Below, one piece after another: positions 13,298-26,210 of a stretch of DNA of 64,000 nt (positions are counted from its first letter, which is position 1; every line of letters starts with the position of its first letter). This stretch comes from Octopus sinensis (lineage: Eukaryota): positions 8,618,001-8,682,000 of the forward strand of contig NC_043010.1 of assembly GCF_006345805.1 (NCBI RefSeq). Reading direction: 5' to 3'. The notes beneath the pieces were generated by a model. The model was not told the origin of the DNA. It saw only the letters and a list, made by a program, of their open reading frames with translations, and did no database searches. The translations under genes and the position numbers were made by a program.

Positions 13298-13630
13298 GTG
13301 GCGGCACAATGACCCAGTGGTTCGGGCAGCAGACTCGCAGTCGGCGGATTGCGGTTTCGATTCCCAGACCGGGCGTTGTGTGTGTTTATTGAGCGAAAAC
13401 ACCTTAAAGCTCTACGAGGCTGTGGCAGCGGGGGGGGGGGGGGGGGTGGTGACCCCTGTTGTACTCTTTTGCCCCTACTTTCTCTCACTCTTTCTTCCTG
13501 TTTCTTGAGTAATGCTGCGATGGACTGGCGTCCCTTCCAGCTGGGTGGAACACATACGCTACAGAAACCCAGAAACCAGGCCCATAATCCTAGCTAGGCT
13601 TGAAAAGGGTGCATAAATAAATAAATAATT
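13298..13630 (+). mobile_element. SINE-C with tail 3, containing an expanded poly-G run
   Basis: C-type head and body followed by gctgcgatggactggcgtccc...gggtgcataaataa. Confidence 0.85.
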
Positions 13631-14189
13631 ACTGTTATCCAATGTCTGTCTTACATGCTGTCATGGGTTGGACAGTTTGACAGGAGCTGGTAAACCAGAG
13701 AACTGCATCAAGCTCCACTGTCTGTTTTGGCATGGCTTTTCTAGCTGGATGGTATATAAAGATTTGACCAGAAATGCCTCCCCACATACTCATAATATGA
13801 TGATCCTCACTCATGCCTGACACTGAGGTTTTTCTGAAGTTAGAATCACATCAATTCAAGCCATGCTTATTAGGAACCAACTATGATGGGCTGGCCATCT
13901 CATCCATATAGATTATGAGTGAATCTCTAAGCAAACGCTTTAATGTGTTGTGGTGAGCATACACAGAGAAGGAGAAAATTTGTAAGTTGAAAAATGATAG
14001 AAAGTCCCTTTAAAATTAAATTTGAAATATTTTAAATAATGTTACAAAAGTTTTAAATCACATAATTTTAAATTGTTAGGGAAGTGTGGAGAGCTATGAC
14101 TTGGAGCAGTGTTAAAGATTCTGAGCACGACAAAATTAAGCACATTCCAATGAAAAGTCCAAAAAAATGTCATTAATACCATTTTGAAT

Positions 14190-14520
14190 GTTTCTCATTC
14201 TTTCTTTAAATGTTCCTCATGCCCAAAAGTATGCATGTCTCATGCTGATATGAGATCATTCCAGTGTGTCCACACAAACAAGGCACGTACGAACTATTGG
14301 AATTTCATTCCACATAGCCAAATTCAGTACTACTTTTGTCAAAAAACTTGCAAGTCATGTGGAAGATTGAAGCAGCACTTAGACATTCATAATAAACAAG
14401 CAGAAAACGGAGCCAATTCTGAAATGAGACATTGCTGCAAGTATTTGTAATCAGCTCTTTAAACTGTCTTCAAGACTCAAAAGTCATTTAAGATTTCACA
14501 CCAGGAATGAGAAATTATAG
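14190..14520 (+). pseudogene. Decayed C2H2 zinc-finger array fragment
   Basis: FKCSSCPKVCMSHADMRSFQCVH; YFCQKTCKSCGRLKQHLDIH; with a 1-nt frameshift CK-ICNQLFKLSSRLKSHLRFHTRNEKL* (C-x2-C-x3-F-x5-L-x2-H-x3-H plus a TGEK-like linker). Confidence 0.65.
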
Positions 14521-14553
14521 GTACAAGAAGCTTTGCAATGAACAGGCTGTCAC

Positions 14554-14598
<45 letters not shown>

Positions 14599-14654
14599 AT
14601 ATATATATGTGTATATATATATATACATACATACATATATATATATATATCTAT

Positions 14655-14950
14655 AATGCCTTGTGAGTGGATTTGGTAGACGGAAACTGAAAGAAGCCTG
14701 TCGTATATATGTATATATATATATATATATGTATGTGTGTTTGTTTGTGTGTTTGTCGCCCTAGCATTGCTTGACAACCGAAGCTGGTGTGTTTATGTCC
14801 CCGTTACTTAGCGGTTCGGCAAAAGAGACCGATAGAATAAGTACTGGGCTTACAAAAAGAATAATTCCCGGGGTCGAGTTGCTCGATTAAAAGGCGGTGC
14901 TCCAGCATGGCCGCAGTCAAATGACTGAAACCAGTAAAAGTAAAGTAAAG
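14655..14950 (+). mobile_element. 5'-truncated SINE-A
   Basis: Starts at aatgccttgtgagtggatttgg and has the normal tail. Confidence 0.9.
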
Positions 14951-15732
14951 TATATATATGTATATATATAATATATATATATATAATATATAAATATAGT
15001 AGTTGTGTGGTGCTTGTAATATATATATGTGTGTGTGTGTGTGTGTGTCTATGTATGTATGTATGTATTATATATATATATATATTTAAAGAGAGCAAGA
15101 CAGAGTCAGAGAAACAGAGAGAGAAAGATAGACAGACAGACAGATAACCAGACAATTTATATATGGAGGTGATACAAGTGACTTGTTATTTCTATTGTCG
15201 GATATTATATTTGAGACTTGATATATTAAAAGACGGTGATTCAACTTGTTAAGATATATGGATATGCATAACAGAGCTTCGCTATTTTTAATATGTTTTT
15301 CATTTTTCTCACTTTCTGTTTAATGTTCTAATTTGGAAGATTTAAAAATACTTACAGGAAAGTAGGCAAGAGATAAAAGGCTATATTTGCTAAACTATAC
15401 ATCAATAGCTGCATATAGACACACACAACTAACACTGAGATACAGAGATTCAAGACCTCATATAGAATCAAATATAGTTGTACATGGTTAATAAGAGCTC
15501 ATAACATATACTAATGTGGACAACTAGAATAGAACTTTAGAGAGCTAAGTAGCACTACGTACTAATACAAACATATTTACACACAAATTGAAGCTCAATT
15601 AAACAGACATATATAGGCAGGCTTTTATGATCATTCAGAAATGTTCATATGCACACATACACAGCTCTTGTGTCTCTGTATATGTGTGTGTGTGTGTGTG
15701 TATGAGTCTATGTTTAAAGATATTTAACTTTA

Positions 15733-15799
<67 letters not shown>

Positions 15800-15822
15800 A
15801 TATATATATATATATATATATA

Positions 15823-16131
15823 TGGAGGCGCAGTGGCTCAGTGGTTAGGGCAGCGGACTCGCGGTCGTAGGATCGCGGTTTTGATTCCCAGACCGGGCGT
15901 TGTGAGTGTTTATTGAGCGAAAACACCTAAAAAGCTCCACGAGGCTCCGGCAGGGGGTGGTGATCCCTGCTGTACTCTTTCACCACACTTTCTCCCACTC
16001 TTTCTTCTGTTGGCCTGCTCGCTTAGCCAGTGGGGTGGCGTCATTCGAAGGCTAAACCAATGCGAAGCGCATTGTGACCAGCGATGTTTAACAACATCTG
16101 ATAGCCTGGTCTGTCATGGTGATCATGGTGA
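15823..16131 (+). mobile_element. SINE-C with tail 2
   Basis: C head and body, then ggcctgctcgcttagcc...acatctgatagcctggtc. Confidence 0.9.
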
Positions 16132-16677
16132 TATATATATATATATATATATAATAATTATTATTTGAGGGAATAAAATCCAAACTTACAAGAAAAAAGA
16201 ATTCAATTTAGAAATACTAAATCAAATTCCACACAATATAATATATATATAAAATATTAGAAGAAAACCACCTTTTATCAATTCAAAATGAATAATTAAA
16301 TGACACCATCTAGAAAATTATATATAATAGAAAAGTTAAAATTAAAATAACAATTAAAAAGTAAAGACTAAGTAAATTACAAGAATAATATAATATATAT
16401 AATATAATATAATGTATATAATAGGTAGAAAAACGTACTGTGTAGTTTCAGTCTACTAAATCCACTTACTATGGTAACTATAGTAGCTAATCTAAAGATA
16501 TAGTAGAAGATCTTTGCCTGAGGTACCATGCAACAGTACTAAGCTCAGACCATAACCATATATTCGCAAAGTGAACTTCTTTATCACACTGCTATGCTGG
16601 TTTCTCTCTGTATATGTGTGTATATCTCTGTCTGTCTCTTTCCCTCTCTTCCCCTCTCTCTTTATATATATATATAT

Positions 16678-16952
16678 ATCACGTGACCGACCAGGCTATC
16701 AGATGTTGTTACACATTGCTGGTCACAATGCGTTCGCATTGTTTTAGCCTTTGAATGACGCCCCCCCCCCCCGCTGGCTAAGCAAGCAGGCCAACAGAAG
16801 AAAGAGTGGGAGAAAGAGTGGTGAAAGAGTACAGCAGGGATCACCACTCCCTGCCGGAGCCTCGTGGAGCTTTTTTAGGTGTTTTCGCTCATAAACACTC
16901 ACACAACGCCCGGTCTGGAATCGAAACCGCGATCCTACCATTGCGCCTCCAC
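16678..16952 (-). mobile_element. SINE-C with tail 2 and a deletion inside the tRNA-like head
   Basis: gatccta|ccattgcgcc junction lacks the ~30 nt present in other copies. Confidence 0.88.
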
Positions 16953-17018
<66 letters not shown>

Positions 17019-17027
17019 CTGTATATA

Positions 17028-17178
17028 TGTGGTTGGCGTTAGGAAGGGCATCCAGCCGTAGAAGCACTGCCAGATCTGACTGGGCCTGATGAAGCCTTCC
17101 AACTTCACAGACCCCAGTTGAACCGTCCAACCCATGCTAGCATGGAGAACGGACGCTAAATGATGATGATGATGATGA
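17028..17178 (+). mobile_element. RTE-like 3' tail with (GAT)n end
   Basis: ggttggcgttaggaagggcatccagccgta...cccatgctagcatggagaacggacg then (gat)n. Confidence 0.8.
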
Positions 17179-17199
17179 TATATATATATATATATTATA

Positions 17200-17445
17200 T
17201 ATATATATATATCTTTTCAAAATACATCTTCAAAATGTAACCACATGAGAATCATTGACAATTTTTTCTCTCCATCTTCCTTTTCTATAGGACTTTCCTC
17301 TGTCTCCTGTTACTGAAGAAGAGCTTTGCTCAAAATGTAAAAACCACCTTTCTTTCCTTCCCTGAGCATCTGCTAATACTTTACATGTACCACATCCCTG
17401 CGTTGTTGTGTGTTTTGTGTTTGTTCTTCGTTTTTTAGGGATTTA
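17200..17445 (+). mobile_element. Short non-coding repeat carrying a hammerhead-like motif (copy 2)
   Basis: 17309-17344 reads GTTA CTGAAGA A GAGC TTT GCTC AAAAT GTA AAAAC; the 3' part resembles copy 1; flanked by (TA)n. Confidence 0.62.
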
Positions 17446-17669
17446 TATATATATATATAAATATAAGGCGGTGCTCCGGCATAGCCACAGTCAAATGACT
17501 GAAACAAGTAAAAGAGTAAAAGAGAGTATATGTATTGTGACAGAGGCAGTATTAATACTTAACGATAATATTTATCCCCACTTAAACAAAAATGTTCTGT
17601 TAAAATAAACTATACTGTGTTAGATACCACGAGAAAGTCCACATTCAAGTGGATAAATATTACACCTCC

Positions 17670-17753
<84 letters not shown>

Positions 17754-17771
17754 TTATATATGTATATATCG

Positions 17772-18340
17772 ACAGTAATACTTCACTTTACAGGGGCCTG
17801 ATTTATGAGACTTGAGGTTTACAATTTCTAGGTTATATGAGTTTTACTTTTCAAGCACAAGATCCAAATTTTGAACGAAGTGCAAAAGTTTCTATTACCA
17901 TAACAAATGCTTTTCTGTGCTATTGAGAAATTTATAGAGAGTGAAACAATGTTTCTTCTAAGCAAACAACTCTAGACTTGTTTTTTTAAAAATAACTCTA
18001 CAAGTCCGTCTATGAGTGCTTATAAATCGGCAATTAGGTCTACAAGTGATAGAGTGTGTGAGTCTAGTGTGAGTGAAAGTGATTCAGAAAATGATAATAA
18101 TAATAGTATTTCTTATAATAAATGATCTTGATATTCTTTTTACTTAACGTAAAATATTCTTTACATTCCACTGTTGTTTTTTTGCTATCTATTTACGAGT
18201 TATAGGTAAGATATAGGTAAGTTATAGGTAAGATCTTTTTCTGGGAACAAATTACAATTTATAACATTGCTACTATAGGAAATTATTGCCCTGTTTTACG
18301 AGTTTTCACTTTACAATGGTCTGTGGTAGTAATTAATTCA
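17772..18340. mobile_element. Possible Tigger/pogo-like non-autonomous DNA transposon remnant
   Basis: cagtaatacttcacttta start and a ttttacgagttttcactttac subterminal stretch recall pogo-family ends; the right TIR is not intact. Confidence 0.35.
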
Positions 18341-18450
18341 TATATTGTGGGATATATGTGTGTGTGTGTACGAATATATGTCTGAATATATGTTATATAT
18401 ATAGAATGTATGTATGTATGTAATAATATATATATATATATATATGTATG

Positions 18451-18481
<31 letters not shown>

Positions 18482-18768
18482 TTTAAACTGATTGTGAATA
18501 GGCATGTTTTTTATACTTAATTGCAGGTACATGAAGAGAGAACAGATTAACTTGTATATATCTTCATATATTGCCCTTCTATATATTAGGTGTTCACAAA
18601 CACCCACAAAGTTCACACACAGTACACACACATACACACAGAAGTACACACATACACAGAGTTATAATTACATGCATGTATATACAAGTACAAATGAGTA
18701 GATATTAATGGATCATTAGAAAGAAAACAATTTGGAAAGGCACACACACACATATATATATATGTGTG

Positions 18769-18799
<31 letters not shown>

Positions 18800-19883
18800 T
18801 AATGTCAGTAAAAATGAAGACTAGGATAAGATTGGTAAACTGGTTGTTACTTTAGCCAGTTGAAACTCAAGTACTGCTGCCAGTTAAACTTATACAATTA
18901 AATACAAAAACAGACTCTCAGAATGTAGAGGTTATCCGTGACGATAGAGAATGGTGTTACAAGATGAATAATTGACAAGAAAGAAGATAGAAAACTCAAA
19001 GAAGTAATTGTCAAAAATATACGTGACTTTGGAGCTGGAAATTCACAAAGTAGCATATTCAGCAGAAATTTAGTTCAATATGCATGCCTTAACCATCATA
19101 AGGAGTTCAACTTGAAACACAAATTCTTTGACTTTGGTCGGCACTACAGAATTTCAGTGATGTATATGTAGTCTAAGAGTCATCATATTACAGTAGCGTG
19201 GTATGTCTAGGATGTTCTGGGTGGCTGGTGGAAGTAAAAATTATTGTTTTTACCAGAAGAATTTAATCATCTCTGGTAAAGTGGGATTAAATTGCTACAT
19301 TTAAATATATATTAGCACGTATGCATACACTCGTTTAGATGCACTCACAGATTCTTGAAATTGTTCAATATGCTGTTGTAAGAGTTCATTTGTGTGTATG
19401 TATATATGTATAGTGTGCCCCACAACATATGTCTCTGTCTATTTATCTATCTATCTATCTATCTCTCTATCTATCTATCTTTCTCTCTGTCTATCTGTCT
19501 ATCTATCTACCTATCTTTCTGTCTGTCTGTCTGTCTATCTATCTCTCTATCTATCTATCTATCTATCTATATTTAATTTACTATACATCTTTATATACTG
19601 GCATATAGATATACACAGATATATACTGTTTACATATGACTATGAGTATAAACTGTATACATATGCATGAGCATAAGTAAAAAAATATATATGTATATGT
19701 ATTTATATGGGTGTTGTGTGTGCGTGGTGTGTGTGTGTGTGTGTGTGTGTGTACATGCATATGAGTGTTTGAATCTACATATAAAGGTAAAAACTAATCA
19801 TTGTATAAGGTAGAGAATTTATATGAATTTTTTTGCAGGGTTCCCTTTGTTGCTACTTTGAGTTTTACTTCTCTTCTTTTCTT

Positions 19884-20049
19884 CTGGCTGCGTAGTAAGT
19901 AGCTTGCTTACCAACCACATGGTTCTGGGTTCAGTCCCACTGCGCGGCACCTTGGGCGAGTGTCTTCTACTATAGCCTTGGGCCGACCAAATCCTTGCGA
20001 GTGGATTTGGTAGACGGAAACTGAAAGAAGCCCATCGTATATATATATG

Positions 20050-20101
<52 letters not shown>

Positions 20102-20342
20102 GTGTGTGTGTGTGTGTGTGTGTATGTGTGTGTTTGTGTGTCTGTGTTTGCCCCCCAACATTGCTTGACAACTGATGCTGGTGTGTTTACATGCCTGTAA
20201 CTTAGCGGTTCAGCAAAAGAGACTGATAGAATAAGTACTAGGCTTACAAAGAATAAGTCCTGGGGTTGATTTGGTGGACTAAAGGCAGTGCTCCAGCATG
20301 GTCACAATCAAATGACTGAAAAAAGCAAAAGAGTAAAGCGAG
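19884..20342 (+). mobile_element. SINE-A
   Basis: Family head, body and tail. Confidence 0.92.
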
Positions 20343-20394
20343 TATTTATGCATCTCTGGTAATAACCATCTCTATGGGTATAGGTATATGTACA

Positions 20395-20695
20395 TCATGT
20401 GGTCATGTGGTTGACCACACTATCAGATGTTGTTACACATTGCAGGTCACAATGTCTTTGCACCATTTTAGCTTGTGGATAGTGCCATGTATCCTGGGTA
20501 GGTGAGTAGGTCCCCTGTCCCCTTGACCAGACGACTTACTCTGTCACAGAGTTACCCATTTGTAGCTAAGTAGACTCTAGTAACATGAAATGAAGTATTT
20601 TGCTGAAGGTCACAACACAAAGCTCAGTTTGAGAATTGAACCAATGATCTAAGGATTATGGGTATGATACTAACCACTACGCCATCAACCTTCAA
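20395..20695 (-). mobile_element. Old SINE-D with a tail-2-type end
   Basis: CORE-like body, then cattgtgacctgcaatgtgtaacaacatctgatag on the minus strand. Confidence 0.65.
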
Positions 20696-21109
20696 ATGTG
20701 TAAAAATATACGTGTGTGTGTGTGCGTGTGTATGCATATATAGGTACAGGACATCACCAACAGTAAACAACATGAAATACGAAAACAAATGAGTTGAATT
20801 CGCAGACGAGAGAAAAAATGGAAAACAGAACAAGTAACACAAAGAACGACCCTTCATCAGTTGTCGGCTGTCTATCTACTCCTCATTTTTGAGCAATACA
20901 TATATATATATATATGTTACACACATACACATATATATATTGGTTTCAAATTTTGACAAAAGGCAAGAAATTTCAAGGGAAGGGCTAGTCGATTGCAATG
21001 ACCCCAGTAATCGAACTGGTACTTAGTTTATCGACCTTAAAAGGATGAAAGACTAAGTCCACCTCAGCAGATCAAAGATAACTTCTTGAGGCTCCAGAGA
21101 GTTACAAAC

Positions 21110-21135
21110 TTGTATATATATATATATATATATAT

Positions 21136-21195
<60 letters not shown>

Positions 21196-21264
21196 GTAGA
21201 TAGATAAATAGACACATACATACATACATACATACATACATACATACATACATACATACATACA

Positions 21265-21296
<32 letters not shown>

Positions 21297-21305
21297 CATA
21301 TGTGT
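21110..21305. repeat. (TA)n-(GATA)n-(TACA)n compound microsatellite
   Basis: Direct. Confidence 0.97.
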
Positions 21306-22139
21306 GTAGCATTAGTAATATGTATTTAATACAGATACTAAAGTTTAGGAGAAGAAAAGAGAAGAAAACTTCAAAAAACTTTTTTAAATAATTTTAAATT
21401 GATTAAGCAAAAGTAAAAGTTGAATGAGTCAGGTGAATAGTTAAGACATTAAAATCAAAAACAAACACAATAGCTCAATCGATATTGGTGAAAAGAAAAG
21501 ACAATAAGGGTAATAATGGCTTAATAGCTTGAAAAAAGTAAAGGATAAAAAATGGGGAAAAAAATACTGTTTGAAAGATTCGATAACATTCTTAAAGAAA
21601 ATAAGATAAAAAATATATATATATATTGAAGGGAGGAGAAAATGGAAAGAAGAATGTTGAGGAGTGTGTAGCAGAGTAGTCTGTGTGTGTGTATGAGTGT
21701 GGAAAAATATGTTCATGTGTGTATGTGTGTGTGTGAATCAACCTATTGAGTTGATAAGATGATAGGGAGCTGAGATTCAGATAAAGGGGTGTAGTGAATG
21801 CCAGGAGAAGATGCATTCATTAGAATGAAGGCAAGTGTTGGGAAGAGGCATTTGTGTGTAAGGAAGAAGAAGAAGAAGAAGGAAGTATGGGATGTGGTCA
21901 ATGACAGAATGAAGGAAGACAACCAAAGACAGAGAAGCCTAATCGATAATTGTGATGATGAATAAGACATGACTGTTGGACAAGAGATGGCAGATGATCA
22001 CAAAAAAAAAATAACAATAGCAACAAATCACACAAAAATTTGAGAAAAAGAAAGTCCAAACAAAATGGTTAGTGTGTGTGTGTCAGTTGGTGCATGTTCT
22101 TGTCTAAGTGAGTGAATGTGAGAGAGAGAGAAAGTGATA

Positions 22140-22397
22140 GAAAGAAAGTAACACACACACATACACACACACACACAGACACACACCCACACACAGACAC
22201 ACACACACACTCACATGCCCATGCACACACGTATATATACATAAACATATAAGTATATATATGTATATGTATATATATATATACATGTATATATATACAT
22301 ACATATATATATATATATATATATTTCTATATATATATATACATACATACATATGTACACATGTATATATCCATATATAGATGTACATACATACGTG

Positions 22398-22431
<34 letters not shown>

Positions 22432-22433
22432 TA

Positions 22434-22466
<33 letters not shown>

Positions 22467-22625
22467 GTTAAATGATAAAAAGAAAAGGAAAAGCTATGTA
22501 TGTGTGTATATATATGTGCGTGTAAGAGAGAGAAAGTGTATGTGTATGTGCATATATATATATATGCATATACACATACATATATATATATATATATATA
22601 TCTGTATCTATCTATCTATCTATCT

Positions 22626-22668
<43 letters not shown>

Positions 22669-22688
22669 AGATAGATAGATAGATAGAG

Positions 22689-22760
<72 letters not shown>
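22140..22760. repeat. Compound (CA)/(TA)/(TACA)/(GA)/(GATA) microsatellite field
   Basis: Direct. Confidence 0.97.
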
Positions 22761-23449
22761 TATGGTGGTAAAGACAGTCAATAGCAGCTACATTTGCTGA
22801 TGCCAATGAGCAGCATGGCAGAAAGATGACGAGAGTCCATTGGTGGTAGTAACATGAAAGACAAACAAGAAAAGTCTCTGTCTAAGAATAAAACAAATAC
22901 ATGTATGTAAAAAAAAAGAAAAGAAATCAAAGAATAGATAAAAATCAGAAAATAGTGTTTAAAAAAATAAAAGAAATTTTCACTCAATAATGAAACAAAG
23001 AACCAAAAAAAAAAAACCCAGAACGTAGTAATCAACTCCTCTTCTGGAAAGGTAAAGATAGAAGGAAAAAATAAGACACGAGAAAATGGAAATGAAATGA
23101 TATTATTTGATTTAGTGCAGTTGTTAGTGAGAAAGATGGGCAACCAATCATTTCGACTTAATCTCTAATAAATTTGATAGAATAATCAACACTTCACATT
23201 TATTAGCTTCCTTTAAAAAAAACCCAAAAACTATTCCAACAATTTGTCTAATATTATATATAGCTAAGTTATAATATCATATTCCGTTTTGTAATACCTG
23301 TGACTCCTTCAAATTTTTGTCATTTTTTAAAAAATATATTTATTTATTTTATATTTTATTTATATATTATTTTTCTTGATAACATCTATTATTTTTCCTG
23401 CTAATATTATAATTATTATTCAGTTGTTTTATGTTTATTACATGGTTTC

Positions 23450-23789
23450 GTGAAGGCACATGGCTCAGTGGTTAGAGCGTCGAGCTTACGATCGTGAGGT
23501 TGTGAGCTCGAACCATGGATCGGGCTGCGTGTTGTGTTCTTGAGCAAGACACTTTATTTCACGTTGCTCCAGTTCACTCAGCTGTCGAAATGAGTTGCGA
23601 CGTCACAGGTGCCAAGCTGTATTGACCTTTGTCTTTCCCTTGGATAACACTGGTGGCATGGAGAGGGGAGGCTGGTATGCATGGGTGACTGCTGGTCTTC
23701 CATAAACAACCTCACCCGGACTTGTGCCTTGGAGGGTAACTTTCTAGGTGCAATCCCATGGTCTGTGTCGTGACCGAAGGGGATCTCCG
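23450..23789 (+). mobile_element. SINE-D with tail 4 and a 13-bp TSD
   Basis: ATTACATGGTTTC at 23437-23449 and 23790-23802. Confidence 0.92.
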
Positions 23790-23878
23790 ATTACATGGTT
23801 TCCCTACACTACAGAGCAGAGCTCAGTCTGCCTTGGGTATGTGTTGTGGCTTGTTTTAGTGTTGCTATATTTGCTGTG

Positions 23879-24263
23879 AGAGGAGGTGCAATGGCCCAGT
23901 GGTTAGGGCAGCGGACTCGCGGTCGTAGGATCGCGGTTTCGATTCCCAGACCGGCCGTTGTGAGTATATATTGAGCGAAAAACCTAAAGCTCCACGAGGC
24001 TCCAGCAGGGGATGGTGGTGATCCCTGCTGTACTCTTTCACCACAACTTTCTCCCACTCTTACTTCCTGTTTCTGTTGTACCTGTATTTCAAAGGGCCGG
24101 CCTTGTCACTCTCTGTGTCACACTGAATATCCCCGAGAACTAAGTTAAGGGTACACGTGTCTGTGGAGTGCTCAGTGACTTACACGTAAATTTCACGAGC
24201 AGGCTGTTCCGTTGATCGGATCAACCGGAACTCTCGTCGTCGTAACCGACGGAGTGCTTCCAC
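23879..24263 (+). mobile_element. SINE-C with tail 1 and a 10-bp TSD
   Basis: ATTTGCTGTG at 23869-23878 and 24264-24273. Confidence 0.92.
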
Positions 24264-24399
24264 ATTTGCTGTGTTGAAATTGATTTACTTGGGATGTGTG
24301 AGGTGCCCAGCAGTGCTATTTTCTGTATATTATATATTTTTGCAAGTCTCAACATCCCAGAAAATAGCACTGTTAGGCCCATTACCACTAAGACTACAA

Positions 24400-25240
24400 G
24401 TTGGTAGAGTCATCACCATGCCAGACAAAATGCTTACTAGTCTTTCAACTGTCTTTACGTTCCTAGTTCAAATTCTGCCAAGGTTGGTTTTGTTTTATAT
24501 TCTCTCAGGGTTGATGGAATAAGTTCGTGTACCCATCAAGTACTGTGGTTGATGTGATCAACCAGCCCCTCCCCCTCAAAAAAATACTGGCCCTGTGCCA
24601 AAATTTGAATGTGTAATTATTATTTACCATGATTATTACTAATGTGACATGCTGCCAAGCAAAATACATAGGAACATTTCTATTGGCTCTTTACATTCTG
24701 AGTTCAAATGCTACTGAAGTTAACTTTTATCTTTTGGAGTCATTAATAAGTACCAGTTGAGAAATTAAGTTGATGTAATCAACACAGTACTTATATATAC
24801 ATAAGTCAAACAATGAAAATGAGTGGTCAACACTGCATTGGTGTTAAGAAAGGTAGAGAATATCTTAGTGTCTTAATTTTTCAAGCCACTCACATGAAGA
24901 AAGTTGTTTGCCTCCGTTTTGGAAAACAGTCTTGCTTAGTTCATAGGAGTTCTCATAAATTCAAGTGAATAAAAAAATGAATTGCTGGCCTTGTGCCAAA
25001 ATTTGAAACCATTATTATCATAGTTTACAGGTAGTGCGCTGGTAGAGTTGCTAGCATGCTAGATGAAACACTTATAGGTATTTCATATCTCTTTAAGTTC
25101 TAAATTCAAATTTCACCAAGATCAACTTTGCCTTTCATCCATTCAGGGTCAATGAAATATGTACCAGCTAAGCACTGGGGTCAATGTAATCAACTTACCT
25201 GTTTCCCCATGTTGCTGGCCTTGTGCCAAAATTTTAAACC
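24400..25240 (+). mobile_element. Cluster of about three highly degenerate SINE-B-related copies
   Basis: Repeated aaaatgcttag...ttcaaattc...aagtacc...gatgtaatcaac...ggccttgtgccaaaattt. Confidence 0.65.
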
Positions 25241-25559
25241 ATTGTTATTATTTTCCTTGTTTTGTTACACTTAATCTAACATTGTTATTTATCCTAACTG
25301 ATGAAAGTTTTGTGATGAATATCATAGAATTGTTGTGTTGGCAGCCTCCAGAGGAGTGAAACATGTAAGGGAACTTTTCCAGTAATTCAGATGACACTTC
25401 AAAACAAATCACTTTATTCCATTGTGTTACTACTGCTCCCCAAAGTGGTGAAAAATCCCATTGTCCATATCAGTGAGTAATTCCTCTCTACTGCATACAT
25501 TTATATCAAAATTAAATAGGTCATTGGGAATTAACTATCGTTATTATGGACACTGTTAA

Positions 25560-26210
25560 AGCAGCAAGCTCACAGAACCATTAGCATGTTAGACAAAATG
25601 CTTAGTGGTATTTCATCGGCGAGCTAGCAGAAGCGTTAGCACACCGGGCGAAATGCTTTGCGGTATTTCGTCTGCCATTACGTTGTGAGTTCAAATTTCG
25701 CCGAGGTCGAATTTGCCTTTCATCATTTCGGGGTCGATAAATTAAGTACCAGTTACGCACTGGGGTCGATGTAATCGACATAATACCTATGTCTGTCCTT
25801 ATTTGTCCCCTCTATGTTTAGCCCCTTGTGCGTAATAAAGAAATAGGTATTTCATCGGTGAGCTAGCAGAAGCGTTAGCACACCGGGCGAAATGTTTTGC
25901 AGTACTTCGTCTGCCGTTACGTTGTGAGTTCAAATTCCGCCAGGGTCGACTTTGCCTTTCATCCTTTCGGGGTTGATAAATTAAGTACCAGTTACGCACT
26001 GGGGTCGATGTAATCGACATAATACCTATGTCTGTCCTTGTTTGTCCCCTCTATGTTTAGCCCCTTGTGGGTAATAAAGAAATAGGTATTTCATCTGACT
26101 TTACATTCTGAATTCAAATACCACAGGGGTCAACTTTCCCTTTCATCTTTTTGCGGTCAATAAAATAAGTAACAGTCGAACCCTGGAGTCGATGTAGTCA
26201 ACATACCCCT
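25560..26210 (+). mobile_element. Dimer of a young SINE-B (239-bp period) nested inside an old SINE-B
   Basis: GGTATTTCATC at 25607, 25846 and 26085; old head on the left and old body on the right. Confidence 0.9.

Noticed and set aside
15823-15900. tRNA genes
   Set aside because: The tRNA-like heads run straight into SINE bodies and do not form complete cloverleaves; they are counted as SINE heads.
18968-19171. 67-codon stop-free frame with EDRKLKEVIVKNIR, faintly Tc1-like
   Set aside because: No DDE region or TIRs found; a frame of this length can occur by chance.
20742-20898. Repeat with CTGATGAAGGG on the minus strand as a possible further hammerhead
   Set aside because: GAAA is degenerate and upstream, and I could not form convincing stems I and III.
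22778-23143. F/L/S-rich minus-strand ORFs suggesting a NUMT or membrane protein (also ~29200-30600)
   Set aside because: Explained by T-rich composition; no recognisable mitochondrial gene motif.
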